Virus record (IMG/VR): IMGVR_UViG_3300028833_000053
DNA from: a virus
Taxonomy: Duplodnaviria; Caudoviricetes
Direction: 5' to 3' (one strand)
Length of the DNA: 64,000 nt
This document shows positions 11,101 through 20,205 of this stretch, in pieces (position 1 is the first letter of the stretch; each line of letters begins with the position of its first letter). Position numbers and translations under genes: made by a program. The notes under the pieces are model-generated. The model was not told where the DNA came from. It worked only from the letters and a program-made list of their open reading frames with translations, and made no database searches.

Positions 11101-14100
11101 TTCAAGGTCATAGGTGGATTGATTCTCATTGCCCTTGCAAGAATCGCGTTGAAGAAGTGGAAGGAGGCGTATATGCCTCCGACCGACGGCTCCACGATGA
11201 CCATATTCGGATTCCAGATTCCCGGATGGGACACCATAAAGGCAATTGGAATAGGCATATACAATTTCGTCACCGTGGGATTGATGAACCACTATGACAG
11301 ACTCAAGTTGTTCTTTGGAAACCTTCACAACCAACTTTTCGGCAAGAAGGGGGCAATACGAAGCATGGCGCAGGTTCGCCACATATTGCGCAGAATAGTT
11401 TGGGCGTGGATTATCGGACAGACGAAGAAGGCCGCGCGCGGCCTTTGCGACTGGCTGCTTGACATCTTGGCAGTCCCCTTGAACGCCTTGGCTCCTGGCG
11501 CGGGGCTTGTGTTGAAGTTCCTCATCAAGCTCCTCCCGGAAATATACTCGTTCATCACCACCCAGATAATGCTCTTGTGGAGCAAGAACAAGCGCGATGC
11601 GGAAGAGGCCGAAACCGCGGAAGCCGAAAGCATTGGAATGGCCGTCAATTCGGGAACAACCACGGCGATGAGCATGATAAGTTCCCAGCTCAAGGGTTTG
11701 TCCTCTGGGGTGAAGCCATTCAAGAACCAGGCGGCGAACCTACCCGGTCTTGAAACTCAAAAGGGTCCGAAAGGAAGGGGCCCGAAGAAGATGGCCATAA
11801 TGCGCCGCTTCCCAATCAAGTATTACAAGTCCTTTGACAAGGCGAAGAAGATGCAGAACAAGAAGTTTGAGTCTGACATGGAGGAGAACAAGCAGAAGGA
11901 CGAGAAGCGCATAAACGGCGGGGACGTTCTCATCAGCCAGATCGTCGAGGACACGTCAAAGATAAACCAGGCGGTTGACGAATTTACTGGAAGTATTGGA
12001 ACGTGGATCCATAGTTGGGACAATGAGAAAGTTGCGAAAATAAGGAAGTATGCCCCGAAAGAATATGAAGATGCAGACAATCGGGTGTTGGCAGATAAGT
12101 GGAAATGGGATAAAGAATTCAAATAGAAGGTAATTCATAATTACACGTCGTCGATTAGTCAGGAGATATACAAGAGAACCATAGTGGTGGAGCTGAACAA
12201 GGTTTCCGCGTACATGAACGCGCTTGGAAAGTCCTAGAGATTCAAGAACGTGAAAGGTCCGCTGTATGATCCAGTCAAAGGGTGGAATCCTGGATACAGG
12301 GTGTATGCCTCCGATTTGAAGACGGCGATTCCATTCAATCCGCTTGAAAAGATACACAGCAAGGCCGACATTCCAATTGGCGAGCCTGCGAAGGCCGAAG
12401 CCGATTCAATTGGTTGGATGCCCTTCAAGTGGATTTCCAATGGAGTTCCCGTGAACGTGCATCCTATAAACTGGGAATTGGCTAGGGCGAACGCCATATG
12501 GAACTTGTATAACTGGTTGATGAAGAACCGTTTTCAGAACAATTTGAACAATTGGAACACAACCAACATTGAAGATTTCAAGAAAGCCATTCTTCCAGAC
12601 GTGTTTGCCGACTGGAGAAGCTGGAACCAGCCTGTTGGTGATCACAGAAGCGAAGCCACATGGGGCAAGGCATATCCGCCAGAGACATATCAATATGGCG
12701 ATCAATTCGTACGGTTCATAAATGCTTTCCGCGCTGGCAAGATAGATCATGGGAACAACAATCTTGACACCGCGATGAAATTGAGAGACCCGACGTATCT
12801 TGAAAAAATGTTCGACAAGATGCACAAGAAGTTGGGCGACTATGGCACTGCGGCGGTTTCCGGCGCTGCCATAGGTGGTGCTGTCGGTGGTGCGGTTGGA
12901 GCCGTTGCTGGTGCGGCAATAGGTACCGCAGCGGTTGGTGTGTACAAGGGCGCAAAGTGGGTTGGACAGAAGATGGACGACTTGCAACGCGCTTTGTCCT
13001 ACGACCAAGATCCAGACGGAGAGGAGGAAGAATAGACGGAAGAAGTGGAGGAAGAGCAAAGCAGCGTTCCTCTCATAGGTTGGTTGATAAACGGCGTCAA
13101 GAAAGTTGTCAAGGTCATCAAGAAAATCGTCAAGAAGGTGAGCCGCAAGGTCGCAGCCCTCAACCGAATCAAGGAATGGCGCGGCAAGACCTATTTTGGG
13201 GTTAACTATGGTGACATCCGCGATTTCATGATTGACACTGGCGTTTTGCAGTTGTTCAGTCAGGGATAGATCATCAAGCCAGTCCAAAAGACGATTCCTC
13301 TTCTGGACAAGCTCATTGACATGAAGGTGATAGGGAAGGGGTCAAGCGTGGAGGATGGCAACTCGATGCATTCTCTCATGGAGGCTTTCTTCGCATACAA
13401 CCGCATTGAGGGATATGACTGGAAGAAAATGCAAAATGACGAGAGGGCGCAGGCTGCTTTCGCCCAGTCCCTTTTGGAATATCTCGCCTTGAAGGTCATT
13501 CCTCAGTGGAACATAGTTGAAAAGCTCCTTTCAAACGACGTTACGAAGAAAACCGACGAAACCAAAAAGGCGATGGATGAAGGTGTGCAGGTTCTTGCAA
13601 ACTTGCTTTCATTCAAGGGCATAATGGAACACCTTTCAAAGCATCTCCGATTCCCCAACATGAAGGTCAAGGTCATAGACTTCTCCAATGCAAGGGACGA
13701 TCACGACAGGGAGTTGCTTGAACAGTTCAGAAAAGACCAGGGAATTCCCAACAGCGATGAAAAGAACCAAATACTTGCACAGTGGCAAGGCGTTTGGTCG
13801 AAGATTCCAAGCATGAACGATGAGGAGCTTCAAGGCAGCTTGGATAACTTGAAGAAACTCATTGGGGTTGCGGCATTTGAAGCGAAGTACACCGGAGAGT
13901 TCACTTACGAGAAGCAGTTGCGCAAGTTCTACACCGCCATGATAAAGGAGAAGGACGAGCGTTTGAAAGCACAGGCCGCAGGTGACAAGATTGTTCAGAA
14001 GCCGGGTGGGATAGAGCGCGTCATGGAAGGTCCGCCGCCGAAGACCATGTTGGAAATGGAGGAAGAACGCAAGGCAAAGGAAGCCGAGGAAGCAAGAAAA

Positions 14101-14598
14101 GCGGCGGAAGAAGAAGAGAAGCGCAAAGCCGAAGAGGAAAAGAGGCTGCAAGAGGAGGCGAAACGCCAAGAGGAATTGAAAATTGCCCAGGCGAAGATTG
14201 CCGCCATGGAAGCCATCAAGAAGCAGGAGCAGAACTACGAGAACATCTTGGAGAAGATGGTGCAAGACCCATCAACGGTGACTGATGAGGAATTGAAGTC
14301 ACTTGGTGAAGACGTGAAGAACTTGAAGCAGGAAGCAGAAAACAGGATTGCACAACTGCCAAGAGAGGAAAGGGAAATGAAGCTGGCGTTGATTCGCGGC
14401 GACAAGCTTTCTGAAAAGACCTTCGCCGAGTTGAAGGAAACCGCAGTGGGGTTGAGTGGAAGTCTACAAGCCTACATCTAGGAAGTGAACCAAATTCCAG
14501 TTGGCTCTATAATGGCAATATAGGAAACGCCAGGAACGCCAACAGAAAGCAAGATATAGTTGCAAGACTCCGACAATGTGGATATGGGCGACGAATAA
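8155..14598 (+). CDS. Giant 2147-aa protein with KPxxE pentapeptide repeats, hydrophobic segments and coiled coils; 12 in-frame TAGs; possible tape-measure or ejection-type virion protein
   Basis: Seven listed ORFs (8242, 9187, 9562, 10849, 12250, 13045, 13321) lie in one frame. The only breaks are TAG at 8206, 9097, 9544, 9550, 10816, 12124, 12235, 13033, 13267, 14479, 14521 and 14557. ATG at 8155, TAA at 14596. Confidence 0.85.
9370..10160 (+). repeat. Degenerate 15-nt (5-aa) tandem repeat encoding KP-x-x-(E/Q/G/K)
   Basis: KPIME KPIME KPIIQ KPVMG KPIIE ... KPKVE KPTFE ... KPLIQ KPVLS, roughly 50 units. Confidence 0.9.
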
Positions 14599-14629
14599 AA
14601 AGACTTGGTTGGATAAGCCAAGTCTTTTT
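14598..14629 (+). terminator. Intrinsic terminator next to a TATAAT element upstream of the tRNA
   Basis: AAAAGACTTGG-loop-CCAAGTCTTTTT; TATAAT at 14632. Confidence 0.75.
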
Positions 14630-14654
14630 AGTATAATTGAATGTGACGATTTAA

Positions 14655-14685
14655 TGCCCTATAGTGTAACAGCAGCACAGGGCAA
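14655..14685 (+). pseudogene. tRNA remnant (acceptor stem plus D-arm only), tRNA-Gln-like
   Basis: TGCCCT-ATA-GTGT-AACAGCA-GCAC-AGGGCA-A; its D-stem GTGT/GCAC is identical to that of the adjacent tRNA. Confidence 0.45.
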
Positions 14686-14691
14686 ATTGAA

Positions 14692-14781
14692 TGAGCAGTG
14701 GTGTACGGCTTGCACAGACGGTCTCTAAAACCGTGGCTTCTGAAGCGAACGGACTGGGTTCGACTCCCAGCTGCTCAACCA
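14692..14781 (+). tRNA. Amber suppressor tRNA, anticodon CUA, probably Gln-accepting, with a long variable arm
   Basis: Acceptor TGAGCAG/CTGCTCA plus A-CCA; D-stem GTGT/GCAC; anticodon arm ACGGT-CTCTAAA-ACCGT (CTA at 14725-14727); T-arm CTGGG-TTCGACT-CCCAG. Confidence 0.9.
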
Positions 14782-14795
14782 ATTTGGAGACTGAC

Positions 14796-15083
14796 ATGGA
14801 AAAGAAAATTGACTTTGAGTTATTGACTGTAATTGACGAATCCATTGGTGATTCGGCAAGTTATGTTGATGCACTGGACAAGGTTATCAAGTGGGAGAAG
14901 GAGAATCGTGGATTGAAGGGATTCCATGTTTCCGCGCCTCTTGACGTGATGTGCGGAACAAGGAAAGTGGAAGACCCCGAAAAGGAAGCCGAGGAAATGG
15001 CGAGGGGTGTTCTGTTGATGCATCGCGCAGGGGCGTTGGGGAAATGGAAGGAAATCTCAGGTGACGAATTGGAGAGGATGTAA
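14796..15083 (+). CDS. Hypothetical protein
   Basis: GGAG RBS then ATG (MEKKIDF...) just after the tRNA. Confidence 0.6.
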   Translation: MEKKIDFELLTVIDESIGDSASYVDALDKVIKWEKENRGLKGFHVSAPLDVMCGTRKVEDPEKEAEEMARGVLLMHRAGALGKWKEISGDELERM

Positions 15084-15337
15084 AAATGTTTAATTTGTTC
15101 TATTGGGGTTTGTTTGGAAGTCATTTGGAAGAGGAATGGGAGCGCGAACATCCTGAGGAATCCGCGGAGCAGAAATACATTGAACAGCGTTGGGAACTTC
15201 AGGCGCAGTTGAGGAAATACCCAAATGCCAGAACCACAATCCGGATGCTTGACAAAGAGAACTACCGCACGTATGTTAGGCGAATGCTGGAGATTGGCGG
15301 TTCAAGGTCGATAAAGCAGTTTGAGGATATTTGAGAT

Positions 15338-15406
15338 ATGAGACGTGTGTTTGTAATAAGAAAGGATTTGCATCTGAAGCCCGGCAAGATGGGCGCGATG
15401 GATTGA
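15338..15406 (+). pseudogene. Truncated original 5' end of the peptidyl-tRNA hydrolase gene
   Basis: MRRVFVIRKDLHLKPGKMGAMD* versus MRRVIIIRKDLHLKAGKLAAM at 16665. Confidence 0.8.
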
Positions 15407-15554
15407 TTTTGTAGTAAAAACTACACAGGACAGATTGACTCTAATCAATTTTGGCTAGGTTTGCATAACGCCTAGCCATTACTGTTTTAGACTAAAATGG
15501 TAAATACTTATAAACTTGTTAGAGCAAGGTTATAAAAATAAAGGTAATTAAGTT

Positions 15555-16655
15555 ATGCATCGTTATACTCAAGAAGAATTATAGTCTATATTTTAGGACT
15601 AGAAATTGGGTGAGGAAATAATTCCTCATATTAAAAACAATAAGATAGATATTGTTTTGTGGAATCAACGATATAAGCAACAATGGAAATAGATTTAGAG
15701 ACAGATGAAGAAGGGTTTATTGTGTCCGGTTTGTGGCACAATACTATTTAAGTTTTATGAGAAACATTTAGCACAGCATAATCTTACTGTAAAATAGTTA
15801 TATGATTAGGTATATGGTATAACTGAATCACCCAAATGCCCTGTGTGTGGAGAAGCAACAGAGTTTGTTAAGAACAAATGGTTTTATCGTAAATTTTGTT
15901 GTAATGCTCATTAGTGCAGAATTATAAATGAGACTGACGGATTGAGGAACGGATGGACTATTGAAGATATTAGAAATCATAATTCCATGATAATAGAACG
16001 TGGAAGAAAAGTATGCGATATAGTCAATAAAAAATATGGAAGTCAGTTTTCAATAAAATTAACTGATGAATAGCGTCTTAATAGAGGGTTAATAAATGAT
16101 GATGACTATTAGGAGTGGCAGACATAGTAGAAGTTAAAAAAATCAGAAGCCGGAAAACTTGGAGGGAAAAAATATTCTTCGTTATATGGATATAAATTAT
16201 TGAAGACATGGGGTTACAAAACGAAAATATTTTTGACTGAAAATAAATGGTTCATGCTTGAATCTTAGTAGGAATTGTTTCATTTATTGAAACGTGTATT
16301 TATCGACGGAGATAAGATTGAAACTATGAGTAATGCAATATTTTTAGAGAATACGACTAATTTATTTTCTGGAACAAGTGCTTTTACGGATTTGGTTATA
16401 GATAATAATGGAATAAAAACAAATTATGAAGTTCATTGTATAGATGATGAAGACACTATAAAAAGAAAACGATATTGTTCTGAATTAAATGGATATGAAT
16501 TTGTATTGGAAGATATTACTTTATACACATATCCGAATGGAAAATACATTGACCAATTAAGATAGTTTATAAATGTAGATGAAATTTATGAAAAGTTGAA
16601 ATATGAAAATAAATGTGGTAATGTATTTGTATTGAACTTATATGATTATGTATAA
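15555..16655 (+). CDS. Putative free-standing homing endonuclease (zinc fingers plus PD-(D/E)xK-like C-terminus), 366 aa, 15 in-frame TAGs
   Basis: Read codon by codon, with no TAA/TGA from ATG 15555 to TAA 16653. CPVCG twice, YRKFCC, ES(Q)(Q)E...FTDLVI...YEVH. AT-rich; GTAAATA at 15500. Confidence 0.7.
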
Positions 16656-16664
16656 TTATTCAAT

Positions 16665-17243
16665 ATGAGAAGGGTTATCATAATACGTAAAGATTTACAC
16701 CTCAAAGCTGGTAAATTAGCTGCTATGTGTATGCACTGTGCAGAGGCATATTGGACTAACTTGATGAAGTCATCCGTTGTCATTGACAACGAGTTCATGA
16801 CTTTGCCCGCATGGGAGAACTATGGAAATGGAAAAGTGGGACCGGCCCTCTACAAGCACCCAGGACTTTACAAGTTGTCTGAAGAGGCTTACAACCGTGG
16901 GGAGAAGTCCTTCACCACAACGAGGGAAAACGCCCGTAAGTCCGTGACGGTCACGATGGAGATTCCAAAGGACATTTGGGAAGGGTATGTAAACGACATC
17001 TTCACAAAGACAATTTGCGAAGCACGCAACTTGAACAACTTGAAAACGAAGATTGAGCCGGTTGTGCAGGAACTTGGATTGGTTGAGGGGATTGATTGGG
17101 GCTACATCAACGATTGCTGCAAGACGGACTTGACGCCCGAGAACGAGGATGGCACTTGCACGATTGGTGCGTGGTTCAAGCCATTGCCTGACGAAGACGC
17201 ATTCAAGATTAGCAAGAAGTTCAAGCTTTACAGGGATGATTGA
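16665..17243 (+). CDS. pth2: Peptidyl-tRNA hydrolase, PTH2 family
   Basis: VIIIRKDL-LKAGKLAAMCMH N-terminal motif; FTKTIC; I-D...TDL...GTCTIGAWFKP; C-terminal KFKLY. Confidence 0.8.
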   Translation: MRRVIIIRKDLHLKAGKLAAMCMHCAEAYWTNLMKSSVVIDNEFMTLPAWENYGNGKVGPALYKHPGLYKLSEEAYNRGEKSFTTTRENARKSVTVTMEIPKDIWEGYVNDIFTKTICEARNLNNLKTKIEPVVQELGLVEGIDWGYINDCCKTDLTPENEDGTCTIGAWFKPLPDEDAFKISKKFKLYRDD

Positions 17244-17264
17244 TTCCTGTATAATTGGACTATT

Positions 17265-17585
17265 ATGAAAAATATTCTTTTAGTTGCCGCCATTATGTTT
17301 CTTGGAATGGTCAAGGCGGAGACCAACATAAAGCCATCGGACACCAATGACCTTCATGTTATCATGGTGTCGAAATCCCAGTGGACAGACATCAAGAACA
17401 ACGTTGACACGAATGGGTTCTGCAGAATTCCAGACCAACATGCGGCCATCGTGATTACAAATGGTCTGCCTGATGTTGAACTGGTTGTGCCGATGCTGCG
17501 TCCAATTGGAAGGGGAGCGGATAGAAATCCCTACTACAACTATCGGAAACAGGAACCACTTCCATATGTGGGTCAATTATATTGA
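17265..17585 (+). CDS. Secreted hypothetical protein
   Basis: Signal peptide MKNILLVAAIMFLGMVKA. Confidence 0.6.
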   Translation: MKNILLVAAIMFLGMVKAETNIKPSDTNDLHVIMVSKSQWTDIKNNVDTNGFCRIPDQHAAIVITNGLPDVELVVPMLRPIGRGADRNPYYNYRKQEPLPYVGQLY

Positions 17586-17602
17586 TGTAATGGAGAGAAT
17601 AA

Positions 17603-18244
17603 ATGAAAAAATTGGTATACATTGTTTTTGCATTCTTTGCGCTGGTATTTGATGCAAATGCCATCAGTTTGAACTGTATGAAAATGCGTAGTATAAATTC
17701 TGGCGGTAGCTCTAATCAGAAGGGAATTTTCAAGGATTGTTTTTCAAGGCACTTTTACGAAATCAAAATTTCCAATGTCTCCCCAGAGGAATCTCAAAAA
17801 ACATATTCGTTGCGTGTTCTTCCATTCCTTAAGGTGTGTAAAGGTGGTTTTGCATTTCCATATTTTCCTGGGATAGTTGAATACACAGATATAAAATTTG
17901 ATTCAAAGAAAAGTTTTACGTGTGTTTATTATTCGCCTTTGACTAAATGGACAAAGGATACTTGGCCCGGAGTTTCTGGGGACTGGTCTAAAGGTCTTGT
18001 CAACTACACAATTGCAGTGGAACTCATTGAATCTGACAAAGACACTCCAGTTAGGTTTTGGACAAATAGTGGAATGTCGTTTATTAGAGGGGCGAAGTCC
18101 TTTGAAGATGGCAAGTCCAAATTAAAGAGAAAATACATTGAGTGGCTTGAAAATGAAATTGATTCAAAAGTCAAGGAGTCTTCATATTGGGATGAGGATG
18201 CCAGAATAGAAGCGGGTGATTGGAAGTCCAAGAATGCAGAATAA
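17603..18244 (+). CDS. Secreted hypothetical protein
   Basis: Signal peptide MKKLVYIVFAFFALVFDANA. Confidence 0.65.
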   Translation: MKKLVYIVFAFFALVFDANAISLNCMKMRSINSGGSSNQKGIFKDCFSRHFYEIKISNVSPEESQKTYSLRVLPFLKVCKGGFAFPYFPGIVEYTDIKFDSKKSFTCVYYSPLTKWTKDTWPGVSGDWSKGLVNYTIAVELIESDKDTPVRFWTNSGMSFIRGAKSFEDGKSKLKRKYIEWLENEIDSKVKESSYWDEDARIEAGDWKSKNAE

Positions 18245-18363
18245 ACTACATTCAGATTCCGAAAATGAATCACCGTGATTGGTTGAAGTGGGGATTGGGG
18301 CTGAAGAAATTGTAAATATTTTTTCAGTTGCTTGGAGGATATTGTGAAATGCGCATTGGAATC

Positions 18364-18987
18364 ATGAAGAAAATAGTTACGGCTCTGCTATGCTTCGCTT
18401 TCCTCAGTGGAAGCGGGGATGTATTATTGTGGACAGTCGATGGAGATGCAACAGTTGATGGGGGGGGGGAATCATCTGTATATGCCCTTTTGTCGCCTGT
18501 ACCTGACGATGATTTGCATAATCCAGCAGCAAGGGTAAAGATAAGCGGTGGCGGTTTATCTTCTCCGATATATCTTGACAACTATTCTTTTCCAGATGAA
18601 GATGCAGATACAATGGAATTGGATGTTGGTGGTGGAGAATTTGGTGTTTGGGTAGGAGACATAGGTGGCTATTATGGTGTAAAGCTTCAACAATCTCATG
18701 TTCCAACTGAACTTGCGATGGAAGTATTATATTCAATTGAACTTGGTAGAATGGATTGGGATGACGATACATATATGTCTGGGGCGTTTCAAGTTTTGGC
18801 TGAATCTGACAAATATACATATGAACAAGTTAGGCAGCATATGTATCCAACGTTTGATTTGTATCCACCAGTTACTGACTGGAAGCCAATGAGGTATTAT
18901 ACTACGCCAGAACCTTCATCCGCCCTTCTTTGTATAATTGGTTTTGGAATGTTAATGCTTAAAAGGAAATCACATGAAGCCCGATGA
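18364..18987 (+). CDS. PEP-CTERM sorting-domain protein
   Basis: N-terminal signal peptide; C-terminus TPEPSSALLCIIGFGMLMLKRK (PEP, TM helix, basic tail). Confidence 0.85.
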   Translation: MKKIVTALLCFAFLSGSGDVLLWTVDGDATVDGGGESSVYALLSPVPDDDLHNPAARVKISGGGLSSPIYLDNYSFPDEDADTMELDVGGGEFGVWVGDIGGYYGVKLQQSHVPTELAMEVLYSIELGRMDWDDDTYMSGAFQVLAESDKYTYEQVRQHMYPTFDLYPPVTDWKPMRYYTTPEPSSALLCIIGFGMLMLKRKSHEAR

Positions 18988-19319
18988 CAAGTTGAATTGG
19001 AAGCCGATTGACAACGGCAAGACGGAAGAGCCCGTGAATGAGAAATATGAAGAAGAGGATGACGAGTTCATTCCCTCCACGAACAAACGTGATTGGGTTG
19101 CCGTGGACAATATTTGAGGGAGATTTCCATGGGCAGAATAAAGTTCAGGTACAATGACGAGAACAAGATGGAACAGGTCATCGAGTACAACACCAACAGC
19201 GTGATGGATGCGTTGAAGAAGTTTGAGAATGACTTTTACGAGGACAAGGCATATCCGCCAAACTCCGACTCTCCAATGATAACGCACATGGACGTGCTTG
19301 ACAAGAACTGCAAGATTTC

Positions 19320-19718
19320 ATGAAACTGTACACGTCATATTTCGCAAAGGTAAAGCCCTTGCAAGAAGCGGGACACAACAACTTGGTTTGCGTTGCAGGA
19401 TATGCCCCAAAGTTCTTCTATGACACGCCACACGCCAAGTTTTATCCCGACCTTGCCCCCAAAAGGTGCTGGTGGAGAGTATGGCACGACAAGTTCAAGG
19501 ACAACCCAAGTTCCCCGGAGTCTATTGAGTGGTACACGAAAATGTACGTCGAGACCGTGCTTTCCAAATTGAATCCAACAAACGTGGTTGGGGAATTGGG
19601 TGATGGCGCAGTCATGCTTTGCTACGAGAAACCTGGTGATTTTTGCCACCGCCACATCATAGCGAGGTGGCTATCCCAAAACCTTGGCATATCTGTTGAA
19701 GAAGTCAATTTCAGTTGA
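19320..19718 (+). CDS. DUF488-like protein
   Basis: LYTSYF...LAP...MLCYEKPGDFCHRHIIARWL. Confidence 0.7.
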   Translation: MKLYTSYFAKVKPLQEAGHNNLVCVAGYAPKFFYDTPHAKFYPDLAPKRCWWRVWHDKFKDNPSSPESIEWYTKMYVETVLSKLNPTNVVGELGDGAVMLCYEKPGDFCHRHIIARWLSQNLGISVEEVNFS

Positions 19719-19760
19719 TTTTTCTTTAATTATAAACTTCTGTAATTTCATCAAACCCCA

Positions 19761-19790
19761 TTGACATACGATGGGGGTTTGTGCTATACT
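19761..19790 (+). promoter_or_regulatory. Sigma70-like promoter inside an inverted repeat
   Basis: TTGACA-N18-TATACT; AAACCCCAT...ATGGGGGTTT flanks the -35. Confidence 0.65.
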
Positions 19791-20205
19791 GTATGCGTGA
19801 TGAAGAAAAAGGCTTTTACAAATCCGAGGGGCATACCCTACTCCAACGATGTTGCTTGCAACCCAGCTCTGTTACATTGGCACAAGAGCGGCTACAAGAA
19901 CATCTATTCGGTGCATATCAAGTACCGCATCCCAAGAACGGACGTTGATGGCATAACGACATTCAAGGACAAGGTTTTCAAGCTGGACTATGGGAAGCAT
20001 CATCTTGCCATGCTCCGCTACAACATAGAGTCAAGCACTTCCACAACTCCGCAGAAGTGGTTGCTTGACGAGATTCAGATTTTGGTGCAGACCTACCACA
20101 ACACCAAGATGGTGCATGAGGAATCCCTTTGCCGTAGGGGCTTTGGAACTCAGGCAAGGTGGGAGGGAAAGTATCCGAGGAACCGAGTGGCGGAGGAACT
20201 GGACG

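Noticed and set aside
8155-14598. Reading TAG-broken genes as pseudogenes or sequencing errors
   Set aside because: Every break is TAG, never TAA/TGA or a frameshift, and a CUA tRNA is present
14692-14781. Pyrrolysine or selenocysteine tRNA
   Set aside because: tRNA-Pyl has a very short variable loop and no pyl genes are seen; tRNA-Sec reads UGA. TAG contexts fit Gln
14691-14795. N-terminal part of listed ORF 14691-15083
   Set aside because: Overlaps the tRNA; the better start is ATG 14796 with a GGAG RBS
15407-16664. Group I intron in pth2
   Set aside because: The downstream gene has its own complete N-terminus and I could not see intron core elements; not formally excluded
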